The notes beneath the pieces are model-generated. The model made no database searches. It had not been told where the DNA came from and worked only from the letters and a program-made list of their open reading frames with translations. 64,000 nucleotides of DNA, taken from the NCBI RefSeq assembly GCF_003334765.1, contig NZ_QOWT01000012.1. One strand, written 5' to 3'. Source of the DNA: Escherichia coli. Its GTDB lineage: Bacteria; Pseudomonadota; Gammaproteobacteria; Enterobacterales; Enterobacteriaceae. A program made the translations under genes and the position numbers. Shown here one piece after another: positions 16,800 to 27,987 of the stretch; position 1 is the stretch's first letter, and each line of letters begins with the position of its first letter.

Positions 16800-17781
16800 T
16801 TTGCCACTGATGATCACCATCGGCGTCTTTGTGTTGGGTTATCTTTACTGCCTGACCCAGTTTCCCGGTTTTGCTTCCACAAGAGTGATCTGCAATATCC
16901 TGACCGATAACGCCTTTCTTGGGATCATTGCCGTTGGCATGACCTTTGTGATCCTCTCCGGTGGGATCGATCTCTCCGTCGGTTCGGTGATCGCCTTTAC
17001 TGGCGTGTTTCTGGCAAAAGTGATTGGCGATTTCGGCCTCTCGCCGCTACTGGCGTTTCCGCTAGTGCTGGTGATGGGCTGTGCCTTCGGCGCATTTATG
17101 GGGCTTTTGATCGACGCCCTGAAGATCCCGGCATTTATCATTACCCTGGCGGGGATGTTCTTTTTGCGCGGTGTCAGCTATCTCGTTTCGGAAGAGTCGA
17201 TTCCGATAAACCATCCCATTTATGACACGCTCTCAAGCCTTGCGTGGAAAATCCCTGGCGGCGGTCGCTTAAGTGCGATGGGACTGCTGATGTTGGCGGT
17301 GGTGGTTATCGGTATTTTCCTCGCGCATCGTACCCGTTTTGGTAATCAGGTATACGCCATTGGCGGCAACGCAACGTCGGCGAACCTGATGGGGATTTCC
17401 ACTCGCAGCACCACTATTCGCATTTATATGCTCTCCACCGGACTGGCAACGCTGGCGGGGATTGTCTTCTCGATTTATACCCAGGCCGGATATGCGCTGG
17501 CGGGCGTAGGTGTGGAACTGGATGCTATCGCCTCAGTGGTAATTGGCGGTACGCTTCTGAGCGGTGGCGTTGGAACGGTATTAGGGACGCTTTTTGGCGT
17601 GGCGATTCAGGGGCTAATACAGACTTATATCAACTTTGATGGCACGCTGAGCTCATGGTGGACGAAAATCGCCATCGGTATTTTGTTATTTATTTTTATA
17701 GCATTACAGCGTGGATTAACGGTGCTGTGGGAGAATCGTCAGAGTTCGCCTGTGACAAGAGTCAACATTGCGCAGCGATAA
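16786..17781 (+). CDS. yjfF: ABC transporter permease
   Basis: 331-aa polytopic membrane protein paralogous to the preceding permease; overlaps the ytfT stop. Confidence 0.88.
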   Translation: MIKRNLPLMITIGVFVLGYLYCLTQFPGFASTRVICNILTDNAFLGIIAVGMTFVILSGGIDLSVGSVIAFTGVFLAKVIGDFGLSPLLAFPLVLVMGCAFGAFMGLLIDALKIPAFIITLAGMFFLRGVSYLVSEESIPINHPIYDTLSSLAWKIPGGGRLSAMGLLMLAVVVIGIFLAHRTRFGNQVYAIGGNATSANLMGISTRSTTIRIYMLSTGLATLAGIVFSIYTQAGYALAGVGVELDAIASVVIGGTLLSGGVGTVLGTLFGVAIQGLIQTYINFDGTLSSWWTKIAIGILLFIFIALQRGLTVLWENRQSSPVTRVNIAQR

Positions 17782-17813
17782 AAACGCCTCTCCGTGTGGA
17801 GAGGCGCAGGAGA

Positions 17814-18812
17814 TTACGCGTCCGGGAACTCACGGATAAAGCGTTCGACATCTTCAACCATATGGTCGTTGCCGACAAAGAACGAACGGCGCTGGTGCAG
17901 AGTTTCCGGGATGATATCCAGAATACGCTCTTTGCCATCGCTCGCTTTACCGCCCGCTTGTTCCGCCAGGAATGCCATCGGGTTGCACTCATACAGCAAA
18001 CGCAGTTTGCCGTCCGGGTGGCTGGCGGTGCTTGGGTAGAGATAAATACCGCCTTTCAGCAGGTTACGGTGGAAATCCGCGACCAGTGAACCGATATAAC
18101 GTGAGGTATAAGGGCGGTTGGTGGACTTATCTTCTTCCTGGCAGAATTTAATGTACTTCTTCACCCCGTTCGGAAACTTAATGTAGTTTCCTTCGTTGAT
18201 GGAGTAGGTTTTGCCTTTCTCCGGGAAGCGCATCCGTTCCTGGCACAGACAGAAAACGCCCAGCGAAGGATCGTAAGTAAAGGCGTGAACACCGCATCCG
18301 GTGGTGTAAACCAGCATGGTAGAGGAGCCGTATACCACGTAACCTGCCGCAACCTGTTTGTTACCAGGCTGGAGGAAATCTTCTTCCGTTACCGGCGTGC
18401 CAACAGGCGTAACGCGGCGGTAGATGGAGAAAATGGTACCGACAGAGACGTTAACATCGATGTTGGACGAGCCATCCAGTGGGTCCATCAGCACCACGTA
18501 TTTTGCGTGTTCACAGCCTTCAAAGACGACAATCTCATCTTCTTCTTCAGAGGCAATGCCCGCAACGATATCGCGTGCTTTCAGTGCGGCTTTCAGTTTT
18601 TCATTAGCGAACAAGTCGAGTTTCTGCTGAACCTCGCCCTGCACGTTCTCAGCACCGCTGGCACCCAGGATATCAACCAGTCCTGCTTTGTTGATATCGC
18701 GATGGATAATCTTGGCGCCCAGTTTTATTGCCGACAGCAAAGCAGTGAGCTCACCGGTAGCATGAGAAAACTCGTGCTGCTTTTCGACAATAAATTCACC
18801 TAACGTTTTCAT
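17814..18812 (-). CDS. fbp: Fructose-1,6-bisphosphatase class 1
   Basis: Start at the internal ATG giving [26 protein letters not shown]...; 332 aa; matches Fbp. Confidence 0.93.
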
Positions 18813-18987
18813 AAAACTTTCCCTGCAATGTTTATGGAGTAAAGCGACCGCAACAATCTTAACAAATAATCTCAATGTTGCGCTCAGGTGAATCGCGCCA
18901 GCAAATTGCGGATTATCCTGAAATGCGTTTCTCACTTGCCCGACATATGCGTAAAATGAGCGGCAGATTAAAAAAGGATAGTGACGT

Positions 18988-20361
18988 ATGCGCATTCATA
19001 TTTTAGGAATTTGTGGCACGTTTATGGGCGGTCTGGCGATGCTGGCGCGCCAGTTAGGCCATGAAGTAACGGGTTCGGACGCCAATGTGTATCCGCCGAT
19101 GAGCACCTTACTTGAGAAGCAAGGCATTGAACTGATTCAGGGTTACGATGCCAGCCAGCTCGATCCGCAGCCGGATCTGGTGATTATTGGCAACGCCATG
19201 ACCCGTGGAAATCCGTGTGTGGAAGCGGTACTGGAAAAAAACATCCCTTATATGTCAGGTCCACAGTGGCTGCACGATTTTGTGCTGCGCGACCGCTGGG
19301 TGCTGGCCGTTGCCGGTACACATGGCAAAACCACCACCGCGGGAATGGCAACCTGGATTCTGGAACAGTGCGGTTACAAACCGGGATTTGTGATCGGCGG
19401 TGTGCCGGGGAACTTTGAGGTTTCGGCGCGTCTGGGCGAAAGCGACTTCTTTGTTATCGAAGCGGATGAGTATGACTGCGCCTTCTTCGACAAACGCTCT
19501 AAATTTGTCCATTACTGCCCACGTACGCTGATCCTCAACAACCTTGAGTTCGATCACGCCGATATCTTTGACGACCTGAAAGCGATCCAGAAACAGTTCC
19601 ACCATCTGGTGCGTATCGTTCCGGGGCAGGGCCGTATTATCTGGCCAGAAAACGACATCAACCTGAAACAGACCATGGCGATGGGCTGCTGGAGCGAGCA
19701 GGAGCTGGTGGGTGAGCAGGGGCACTGGCAGGCGAAAAAGCTGACCACCGATGCTTCCGAATGGGAAGTTTTGCTGGATGGCGAAAAAGTGGGCGAAGTG
19801 AAATGGTCGCTGGTAGGCGAACATAATATGCACAATGGCCTGATGGCGATTGCGGCGGCTCGCCATGTTGGTGTAGCGCCGGCAGATGCCGCTAACGCGC
19901 TGGGTTCGTTTATTAACGCTCGTCGCCGTCTGGAGTTGCGTGGTGAAGCGAATGGCGTCACGGTATATGACGATTTTGCCCATCACCCAACGGCGATTCT
20001 GGCAACGCTTGCGGCGCTGCGTGGCAAAGTTGGCGGTACGGCGCGCATTATTGCCGTGCTGGAACCGCGCTCGAATACCATGAAAATGGGGATCTGCAAA
20101 GACGATCTGGCACCTTCATTAGGTCGTGCCGATGAAGTCTTCCTGCTGCAACCGGCGCATATTCCGTGGCAGGTGGCAGAAGTGGCAGAAGCCTGCGTTC
20201 AGCCTGCACACTGGAGTGGCGATGTGGATACGCTGGCAGATATGGTGGTGAAAACCGCTCAGCCTGGCGACCATATTCTGGTGATGAGCAACGGCGGTTT
20301 TGGTGGGATCCATCAGAAACTGCTGGATGGTCTGGCGAAGAAGGCGGAAGCCGCGCAGTAA
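18988..20361 (+). CDS. mpl: UDP-N-acetylmuramate:L-alanyl-gamma-D-glutamyl-meso-diaminopimelate ligase
   Basis: 457-aa Mur-ligase family ORF (GTHGKTTT P-loop); matches Mpl. Confidence 0.93.
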
Positions 20362-20384
20362 TTCGGCCTTAGCCTGATATAGTG

Positions 20385-20495
20385 TGCGTAGGCCGGATAA
20401 GGCGTTCACGCCGCATCCGGCATTTGAGCATAGTGCCTGATGCGACGCTTGATGCGTCTTATCAGGCCTACAGGTGCACCGCATCCGGCAAACCA
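20385..20495. repeat. REP elements
   Basis: Paired palindromic units TGCGTAGGCCGGATAAGGCGTTCACGCCGCATCCGGCA / GCCTGATGCGACGCTTGATGCGTCTTATCAGGCCTAC. Confidence 0.75.
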
Positions 20496-20516
20496 TACTC
20501 ACATCAACAACGAAAA

Positions 20517-21068
20517 TTACCCTTCATTCTCCGCCAGTTCGCGCAGATACTGGAAAATCTGGCGTGCGGATTTCGGCGGCTTATTCCCTTCTTTCTCTTT
20601 CTTCGCGTTGCGGATCAGAGTACGCAGTTGCTGACGATCGGCATCGGGCCACAGATTTAATACCTCAGCGATGGCGTCATCACCTTGATCGATCAGACGA
20701 TCGCGCAGGTTTTCCAGTTTATGGAACAGCACCACCTGCTGGTTGTGACGGTTTTTCAGCTTATCCAGCGCCTGACGAATAGGCTCTACGTCGCGCTGGC
20801 GCAGCATCTTACCGATGAGCTGCAACTGGCGGCGGCGACCTTCCATCTTAATACGCTGGGCGAGCTCAATAGCCGCGCGCAGATCCGCATCTAACGGGAT
20901 CTTATCCAGCGCGTTTTTCCCCAGATCAACAATTTCCGCGCCAAGGCGTTTTAGCTCCTCGGCATCACGTTTAATTTCACTTTTACTGACCCAGATAATT
21001 TCATCGTCTTCGTCTTCGATGTCATCACCGGGAACGTCGTCGAGCCAGTCTTCGGGCTGCTTAGTCAT
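20517..21068 (-). CDS. yjgA: Ribosome-associated DUF615 protein YjgA (DarP)
   Basis: 183-aa acidic N-terminus [24 protein letters not shown]...; matches YjgA. Confidence 0.88.
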
Positions 21069-21162
21069 CTCAGGCTCCTTAAAAAAAAGAGGCTAATGTT
21101 ACCAGTTAAGATGCGCACTGAAAAACGGTTCTCTGTTAGACTTCAGAGAAACTCTCTACATT

Positions 21163-22515
21163 ATGGCACTTGCAATGAAAGTAATCTCTCAAGTTGAAGC
21201 GCAGCGCAAGATTCTGGAAGAAGCAGTTTCCACTGCGCTGGAGTTGGCCTCAGGCAAATCGGACGGTGCGGAAGTTGCCGTCAGCAAGACCACCGGCATT
21301 AGCGTAAGCACGCGTTATGGTGAAGTGGAGAATGTTGAATTCAATAGCGATGGCGCGCTGGGGATCACTGTTTATCACCAGAACCGCAAAGGTAGCGCAT
21401 CATCCACCGATTTAAGCCCGCAGGCCATTGCCCGTACTGTACAGGCGGCGCTGGATATTGCCCGTTATACCTCGCCAGATCCCTGTGCCGGCGTGGCAGA
21501 CAAAGAGCTGCTGGCCTTTGACGCACCAGATCTCGACTTGTTCCACCCTGCGGAAGTTTCCCCGGATGAAGCCATTGAACTGGCGGCCCGCGCAGAACAG
21601 GCGGCATTGCAGGCGGACAAACGCATCACCAATACCGAAGGTGGCAGCTTTAACAGCCACTACGGTGTCAAAGTTTTTGGCAACAGCCACGGCATGTTGC
21701 AGGGTTACTGCTCAACGCGTCATTCGCTCTCCAGCTGTGTAATTGCCGAAGAAAATGGCGATATGGAGCGTGATTACGCCTACACCATTGGTCGTGCGAT
21801 GAGCGATCTGCAAACGCCAGAGTGGGTTGGGGCCGACTGTGCTCGCCGTACTTTATCGCGCCTGTCACCGCGTAAACTCTCCACCATGAAAGCGCCGGTC
21901 ATTTTTGCCAATGAAGTGGCAACCGGGCTTTTTGGCCATCTGGTGGGGGCGATAGCGGGTGGATCGGTTTACCGTAAATCCACCTTCCTGCTGGATTCGC
22001 TGGGTAAACAAATTCTGCCGGACTGGCTGACCATTGAAGAGCATCCGCATCTGCTGAAAGGGCTGGCATCGACGCCATTTGACAGCGAAGGTGTGCGCAC
22101 CGAGCGTCGCGATATTATTAAAGATGGCATCCTGACTCAGTGGCTGCTGACCAGCTACTCGGCGCGGAAACTGGGGCTGAAAAGCACCGGACATGCGGGC
22201 GGTATTCACAACTGGCGGATTGCCGGACAAGGGCTAAGCTTCGAACAAATGCTCAAAGAGATGGGTACCGGGCTGGTGGTGACGGAGCTGATGGGCCAGG
22301 GCGTGAGTGCCATTACCGGTGATTATTCCCGTGGTGCAGCGGGCTTCTGGGTAGAGAATGGCGAAATTCAGTATCCGGTTAGCGAAATCACCATCGCAGG
22401 TAATTTAAAAGATATGTGGCGCAATATTGTCACCGTCGGTAACGATATTGAAACACGCAGTAATATACAGTGTGGTTCTGTGCTGTTGCCGGAGATGAAA
22501 ATCGCCGGGCAGTAA
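21163..22515 (+). CDS. pmbA: Metalloprotease PmbA/TldE
   Basis: 450-aa [25 protein letters not shown]...; matches PmbA. Confidence 0.92.
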
Positions 22516-22694
22516 AAAACTGGCGCGACCTGCCGCGCTATAAACTAAAAAATTACACAAAATCATTCGCACTGCATCGAGACGGAAAGTGAATGAGGGC
22601 CGGGGAGCGTACTCGCAGTACGTGACCCGGGCGAATGAGCGTAGCCGTCGATGAGGCAGTGTGAAGGATGAAGTGTAAATAAAAAAGGAAGTGA

Positions 22695-23084
<390 letters not shown>

Positions 23085-23128
23085 TTCCTCATTTCCCTGT
23101 TGCCTGCACTCAGGTAACAGGGAACTTA

Positions 23129-23593
23129 TCATCGCAAATGATGCACCACCTGATTGCTGCTGCCGCGCCAGATCAGGGAAGGGTCTTTTAAATCCTGCAC
23201 AAATTTGCCGTCGACCAGTACGTTAATCAAATCAACAACCTGCATTTGCGCAGCGTTGAGATCGTCGAGTTTATAGCCTGTCCACACCCAGATGTCTTTA
23301 TCCGGACACTCGGCGCGGATGCGTTTTACCAGTTTCAGAATATCCGGCACGTTTTGCGGATGCAGCGGATCGCCGCCGGAGAGGGAAATCCCCTGGCGTT
23401 TGATACGAGTGTCATTCAGATCGTTAATGATCTGGTCTTCCATTGCTTTGGTAAATGGCTGACCAGAATTTACCCGCCATGTGCTTTTGTTATAGCAACC
23501 GGGGCATTCATGAACACACCCGGAGACAAACAGGGTGCAGCGAGTGCCGGGGCCGTTGACGATGTCGACAGGATAGTACTGATGATAATTCAT
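23129..23593 (-). CDS. nrdG: Anaerobic ribonucleotide reductase activating protein (radical SAM)
   Basis: 154-aa ORF with CxxxCxxC (CVHECPGC) radical-SAM motif. Confidence 0.9.
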   Translation of the reverse strand: MNYHQYYPVDIVNGPGTRCTLFVSGCVHECPGCYNKSTWRVNSGQPFTKAMEDQIINDLNDTRIKRQGISLSGGDPLHPQNVPDILKLVKRIRAECPDKDIWVWTGYKLDDLNAAQMQVVDLINVLVDGKFVQDLKDPSLIWRGSSNQVVHHLR

Positions 23594-23619
23594 TATTTCG
23601 CCTGGCTTATCAGTCCGCG

Positions 23620-23735
<116 letters not shown>

Positions 23736-23750
23736 AACGTAGAGTGAAGA

Positions 23751-25889
23751 TTAACCTATCTGCCCATTTCCCAAATGTTTAACGCGGCGCTTAACTTCTT
23801 CCTGCTTACCGGCGTTAAATGGACGTGCATCCGGGCTACCTAAATATCCGCACACGCGGCGAGTTACCGACACACGGGAGGCGTCATGGTTACCACATTT
23901 CGGGCAAGTGAAGCCTTTGCTGGTGCACTCGAACTCACCGGTAAAGCCACACTCGTAGCACTCATCAATCGGTGTATTGGTGCCGTAATACGGTACATGC
24001 TGATAGCTGTAATCCCAGACATCTTCCAGCGCCTTCAGGTTGTGCTGAATGTTTGGATACTCGCCGTAGCAAATGAAACCACCGTTCGCCAGCGGCGGGT
24101 AAGGCGCTTCAAAGTCGATCTTGTCGTACGGGTTCACCTTCTTCTCCACATCGAGGTGGAAACTGTTGGTGTAGTAACCTTTATCGGTCACGCCCGGCAC
24201 CACGCCAAACTCAGCAGTATCGAGACGGCAGAAGCGGTCGCACAGGTTTTCACTCGGCGTGCTGTAGAGACTGAAACCATAACCCGTTTCTTCTTTCCAC
24301 TGATCCACTGCCTGACGCAGACGTTCAACAATGGCGATACCTTTCGCGCGAAGCTGCTCGTTGTCGTAAACATGCTCGCCGCCGAACAGCGCGTTAATGG
24401 TTTCGTGGATGCCGATGTAACCCAGCGAAATAGACGCACGACCGTTTTTGAAGATTTCAGAAACATCATCGTCAGCATTGAGACGCACGCCACAAGCACC
24501 TTCCATATAGAGGATCGGGGCCACGCGCGCTTTCACGCCTTCGAGACGAGCGATACGGGTCATCAGCGCCTTACGTGCCAGCACCAGACGTTCATCCAGC
24601 AGCTTCCAGAAGGTGGCTTCATCGCCTTTTGCTTCCAGAGCAATACGCGGCAGGTTCAGGCTGATCACGCCGAGGTTGTTACGACCATCGTGGATCTGCT
24701 CGCCGTTTTCATTTTCCCACACGCCGAGGAAGCTGCGGCAGCCCATCGGGGTTTTAAACGAACCGGTGACTTTCACTACCTGATCGTAGTTCAGGATATC
24801 CGGATACATGCGCTTGCTTGCGCACTCCAGCGCCAGCTGTTTGATGTCGTAGTTCGGATCGCCTTTTTTATGGTTCAGACCATCGCGAATCGCAAACACC
24901 AGTTTCGGGAACACCGCAGTTTTACGGTTTTTACCGAGACCTGCGATACGGTTACGCAGGATAGATTCCTGAATCAGGCGCGATTCCCAGCTGGTGCCCA
25001 GACCAAAACCAAAAGTTACAAACGGCGTTTGACCGTTGGCGGTATGCAGGGTGTTTACTTCGTACTCCAGCGACTGGAAGGCATCGTAGCACTCTTTAAT
25101 GGTACGAGAGTTAGCGTAGCCTTCTGCGTCCGGGATGCTCCACTCTTCTGCGGTCTTGCGATGTTTGTTGTAGCTGGCGGTGACAAACGGTGCCAGCACT
25201 TCATCGATACGGTTAATGGTGGTGCCGCCATAAATATGGCTGGCAACCTGAGCAATAATCTGCGCAGTTACCGCGGTTGCCGTTGAGATCGACTTCGGCG
25301 GTTCAATCTCGGCGTTCCCCATTTTAAAGCCCTGGGTCAGCATGCCTTTCAGGTCGATCAACATGCAGTTGAACATCGGGAAAAACGGTGAGTAATCGAG
25401 ATCGTGATAGTGAATATCGCCACGCTCATGTGCCTGCACCACGTCACGCGGCAGCAGGTGCTGACGTGCATAGTGTTTAGCCACGATCCCGGCCAGCAGG
25501 TCGCGCTGGGTTGGAATCACCTTGCTGTCTTTGTTGGCGTTTTCGTTGAGTAACGAGGCGTTGGTCTGCTCGACCAGACCACGGATCTCCTGGTTCAGGC
25601 GACCGCGTTTTTCACGTTCAATGTCGCGATCGTGACGGTACTCGATGTAAGCACGAGCCAGTTGTTTGTATGGACCCGACATCAGCTGGTTTTCAACTGC
25701 GGTCTGGATCTCATTGATATCCACCTGGTTGCGGCCCTGCATCTGCTCGCTGACAACCGCGGCAACAGTGGCGCAATAATCGGCATCATCGACTTCCGCT
25801 GCTTTAGCTGCACGCAGAATCGCTTCTTTGATGCGCTCTGATTTAAACGGCACTTTGCAGCCGTCTCGTTTCATCACATGCGGTGTCAT
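23751..25889 (-). CDS. nrdD: Anaerobic ribonucleoside-triphosphate reductase (class III)
   Basis: 712-aa ORF with N-terminal ATP-cone and C-terminal glycyl-radical region (…RVCGYLG…); matches NrdD. Confidence 0.93.
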   Translation of the reverse strand: MTPHVMKRDGCKVPFKSERIKEAILRAAKAAEVDDADYCATVAAVVSEQMQGRNQVDINEIQTAVENQLMSGPYKQLARAYIEYRHDRDIEREKRGRLNQEIRGLVEQTNASLLNENANKDSKVIPTQRDLLAGIVAKHYARQHLLPRDVVQAHERGDIHYHDLDYSPFFPMFNCMLIDLKGMLTQGFKMGNAEIEPPKSISTATAVTAQIIAQVASHIYGGTTINRIDEVLAPFVTASYNKHRKTAEEWSIPDAEGYANSRTIKECYDAFQSLEYEVNTLHTANGQTPFVTFGFGLGTSWESRLIQESILRNRIAGLGKNRKTAVFPKLVFAIRDGLNHKKGDPNYDIKQLALECASKRMYPDILNYDQVVKVTGSFKTPMGCRSFLGVWENENGEQIHDGRNNLGVISLNLPRIALEAKGDEATFWKLLDERLVLARKALMTRIARLEGVKARVAPILYMEGACGVRLNADDDVSEIFKNGRASISLGYIGIHETINALFGGEHVYDNEQLRAKGIAIVERLRQAVDQWKEETGYGFSLYSTPSENLCDRFCRLDTAEFGVVPGVTDKGYYTNSFHLDVEKKVNPYDKIDFEAPYPPLANGGFICYGEYPNIQHNLKALEDVWDYSYQHVPYYGTNTPIDECYECGFTGEFECTSKGFTCPKCGNHDASRVSVTRRVCGYLGSPDARPFNAGKQEEVKRRVKHLGNGQIG

Positions 25890-26125
25890 GATCGCTCCAT
25901 ATTTTTAAGAACAGGTTATCCACAGAAATTGGGAAAGGCGTTTTCCGGTTTTTTCGTTTCGTTTTCCGGTGCTTTCCGCAATCGCCATCCGCTTATCCAC
26001 AACGCCGCACCTTTTTCGTGGGGAGCTGTAGTAGCAATTATAGTCGATTAATACAACATATTGGGTTGGGACGCATTTTAAAGTCTATATATAGTGCTTT
26101 GCATCAAGGATGTTTGAACTTTTTT

Positions 26126-26139
26126 TGATGTAGCTCAAA
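26126..26139. promoter_or_regulatory. Candidate FNR-type site upstream of nrdD
   Basis: TTGAT-GTAG-CTCAA approximates the FNR consensus TTGAT-N4-ATCAA; located in the nrdD upstream region. Confidence 0.4.
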
Positions 26140-26282
26140 GTAAAAAGCAGAGCGTACGGATGACGGGCGCTACAGCGTTATGTAAATTTTTTAATGAATT
26201 TGCTGGTTGAAAAATCAACAAAAACAACATGCTGACAGACAAAACCCCGGAATGACCGGCATTACCGGGGCTTAGGGAAGAT

Positions 26283-27938
26283 TTACTTCTGTAACCACCA
26301 GACAGCCTCAAAAGGCCGTAAATTCATGGCACAGGGTTGTGGTGAGGCTTCTTCGTAGTTATGCATCACAAGCTGCCAGTTGCCGCGCATTTGCCCTGGC
26401 TGCCAGGGTTGGATCTCACGGCTAAGGTTGGCAATGACCAGCAAGGTTTGCCCCTTCCATTCACGGCGATAGCACCACAATACAGGGCTGTTTGGCAGCA
26501 GATCCTGGTAATTGCCCCATGTCAGGATGGCTTCCTGCTTACGCAGTGCGATTAACTTTTGGTAGGTGTAAAACACCGAGGAATCATCGGCCAGCGCGGC
26601 TTCTACGTTGATTTGTTGATAGTTATCGCCCAGGCCAATCCACGGTTCGCCAGCCGTAAACCCGGCATTATCGCCGTTGCTCCATTGCATGGGCGTGCGG
26701 CTGTTGTCACGGGATTTACTGGCGAGGATTGCCAATAACTCGTCGGCATCACGCCCATCGTTGCGCAGCTCGGCAAACATATTGAGGCTCTCCACGTCGC
26801 GATAGTCAGTAATGCGCGTGAAATGCGGGTTGGTCATGCCAATCTCTTCGCCCTGGTAGATATACGGCGTTCCCTGCATGCCATGCAGCACCATCGCTAG
26901 CATTTTTGCCGCAGGCACGCGGTATTCACCTTCATCACCAAAGCGAGAAACAATGCGCGGCTGATCGTGGTTACACCAGAACAAGGCATTCCATGCTACG
27001 TTGTGCATTCCTTGTTGCCAGTGGCGGAACAATGTTTTCAACGCCACAAAGTCAGGTTTAGCCAGCGTCCATTTTTCACCACCGGGATAATCGACCTTCA
27101 GGTGATGAAAATTAAAGGTCATCGATAATTCACTGCCTGCCAGTGCCGCGTATCGCTGGCAATGCTCAAGGCTGGTGGAGGACATTTCACCTACGGTCAT
27201 TAACCCGCGTGGCGTAAACACATCGCGGTTCATCTCGTGCAAAAACTCGTGTGCTCGTGGCCCGTCGGTGTAGAAGCGACGCCCGTCGCCATCCAGGTCT
27301 TCAGGGAAACGCGGGTCTTTGGAGATCAGATTCACCACATCCAGGCGCAACCCATCGACCCCACGATCGGCCCAGAATTCACAGACTTTTTTCAGCTCTG
27401 CGCGTACCGCTGGATTCTCCCAGTTGAGATCCGCCTGTTCTGGTGCAAAGAGATGCAAATAGTACTGTTCGCTTTCCGCATGCCAGCGCCACGCACTACC
27501 GCCAAATTTTGAACGCCAGTTATTCGGTGGCGTTTCTGGTTCGCCATCGCGCCAGATATAAAACTGGCGGTAAGGGCTTTCTTTGTTCAGCGCCTCGCGA
27601 AACCAGGCATGTTGGGTAGAGGTATGGTTAAACACCATATCGAGAATGATACGAATCCCGCGCGATTTTGCCTGCGTCACCAGTTCGTCAAAATCGTCCA
27701 GCGTGCCGTAGGTGGGATCAATCGCCGTATAGTTCGCTACGTCGTAACCGTTATCGACCTGGGGAGAGACATAAAAGGGGGTTAGCCAGATGGCATCAAC
27801 GCCCAGTTTATGCAGATAGTCCAGGCGTTGGATAACGCCACGTAAATCGCCGGTACCGCTACCCGTGGTGTCCTGAAAACTCTTTGGATAAATCTGGTAG
27901 ATAACGCCGTTTTGCCACCAGTGGGGAAGATTAGTCAT
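26283..27938 (-). CDS. treC: Trehalose-6-phosphate hydrolase
   Basis: Start at the internal ATG giving MTNLPHWWQNGVIYQIYPKSF...; GH13 family; 551 aa. Confidence 0.92.
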   Translation of the reverse strand: MTNLPHWWQNGVIYQIYPKSFQDTTGSGTGDLRGVIQRLDYLHKLGVDAIWLTPFYVSPQVDNGYDVANYTAIDPTYGTLDDFDELVTQAKSRGIRIILDMVFNHTSTQHAWFREALNKESPYRQFYIWRDGEPETPPNNWRSKFGGSAWRWHAESEQYYLHLFAPEQADLNWENPAVRAELKKVCEFWADRGVDGLRLDVVNLISKDPRFPEDLDGDGRRFYTDGPRAHEFLHEMNRDVFTPRGLMTVGEMSSTSLEHCQRYAALAGSELSMTFNFHHLKVDYPGGEKWTLAKPDFVALKTLFRHWQQGMHNVAWNALFWCNHDQPRIVSRFGDEGEYRVPAAKMLAMVLHGMQGTPYIYQGEEIGMTNPHFTRITDYRDVESLNMFAELRNDGRDADELLAILASKSRDNSRTPMQWSNGDNAGFTAGEPWIGLGDNYQQINVEAALADDSSVFYTYQKLIALRKQEAILTWGNYQDLLPNSPVLWCYRREWKGQTLLVIANLSREIQPWQPGQMRGNWQLVMHNYEEASPQPCAMNLRPFEAVWWLQK

Positions 27939-27987
27939 TACGTTATTCCTGCGAATGCGAGGGGGCGCAATTGCGCCCCGAAGAAAA

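Noticed and set aside
23886-25286. 466-aa plus-strand ORF inside nrdD
   Set aside because: Antisense to nrdD, which has clear family motifs; no independent start context.
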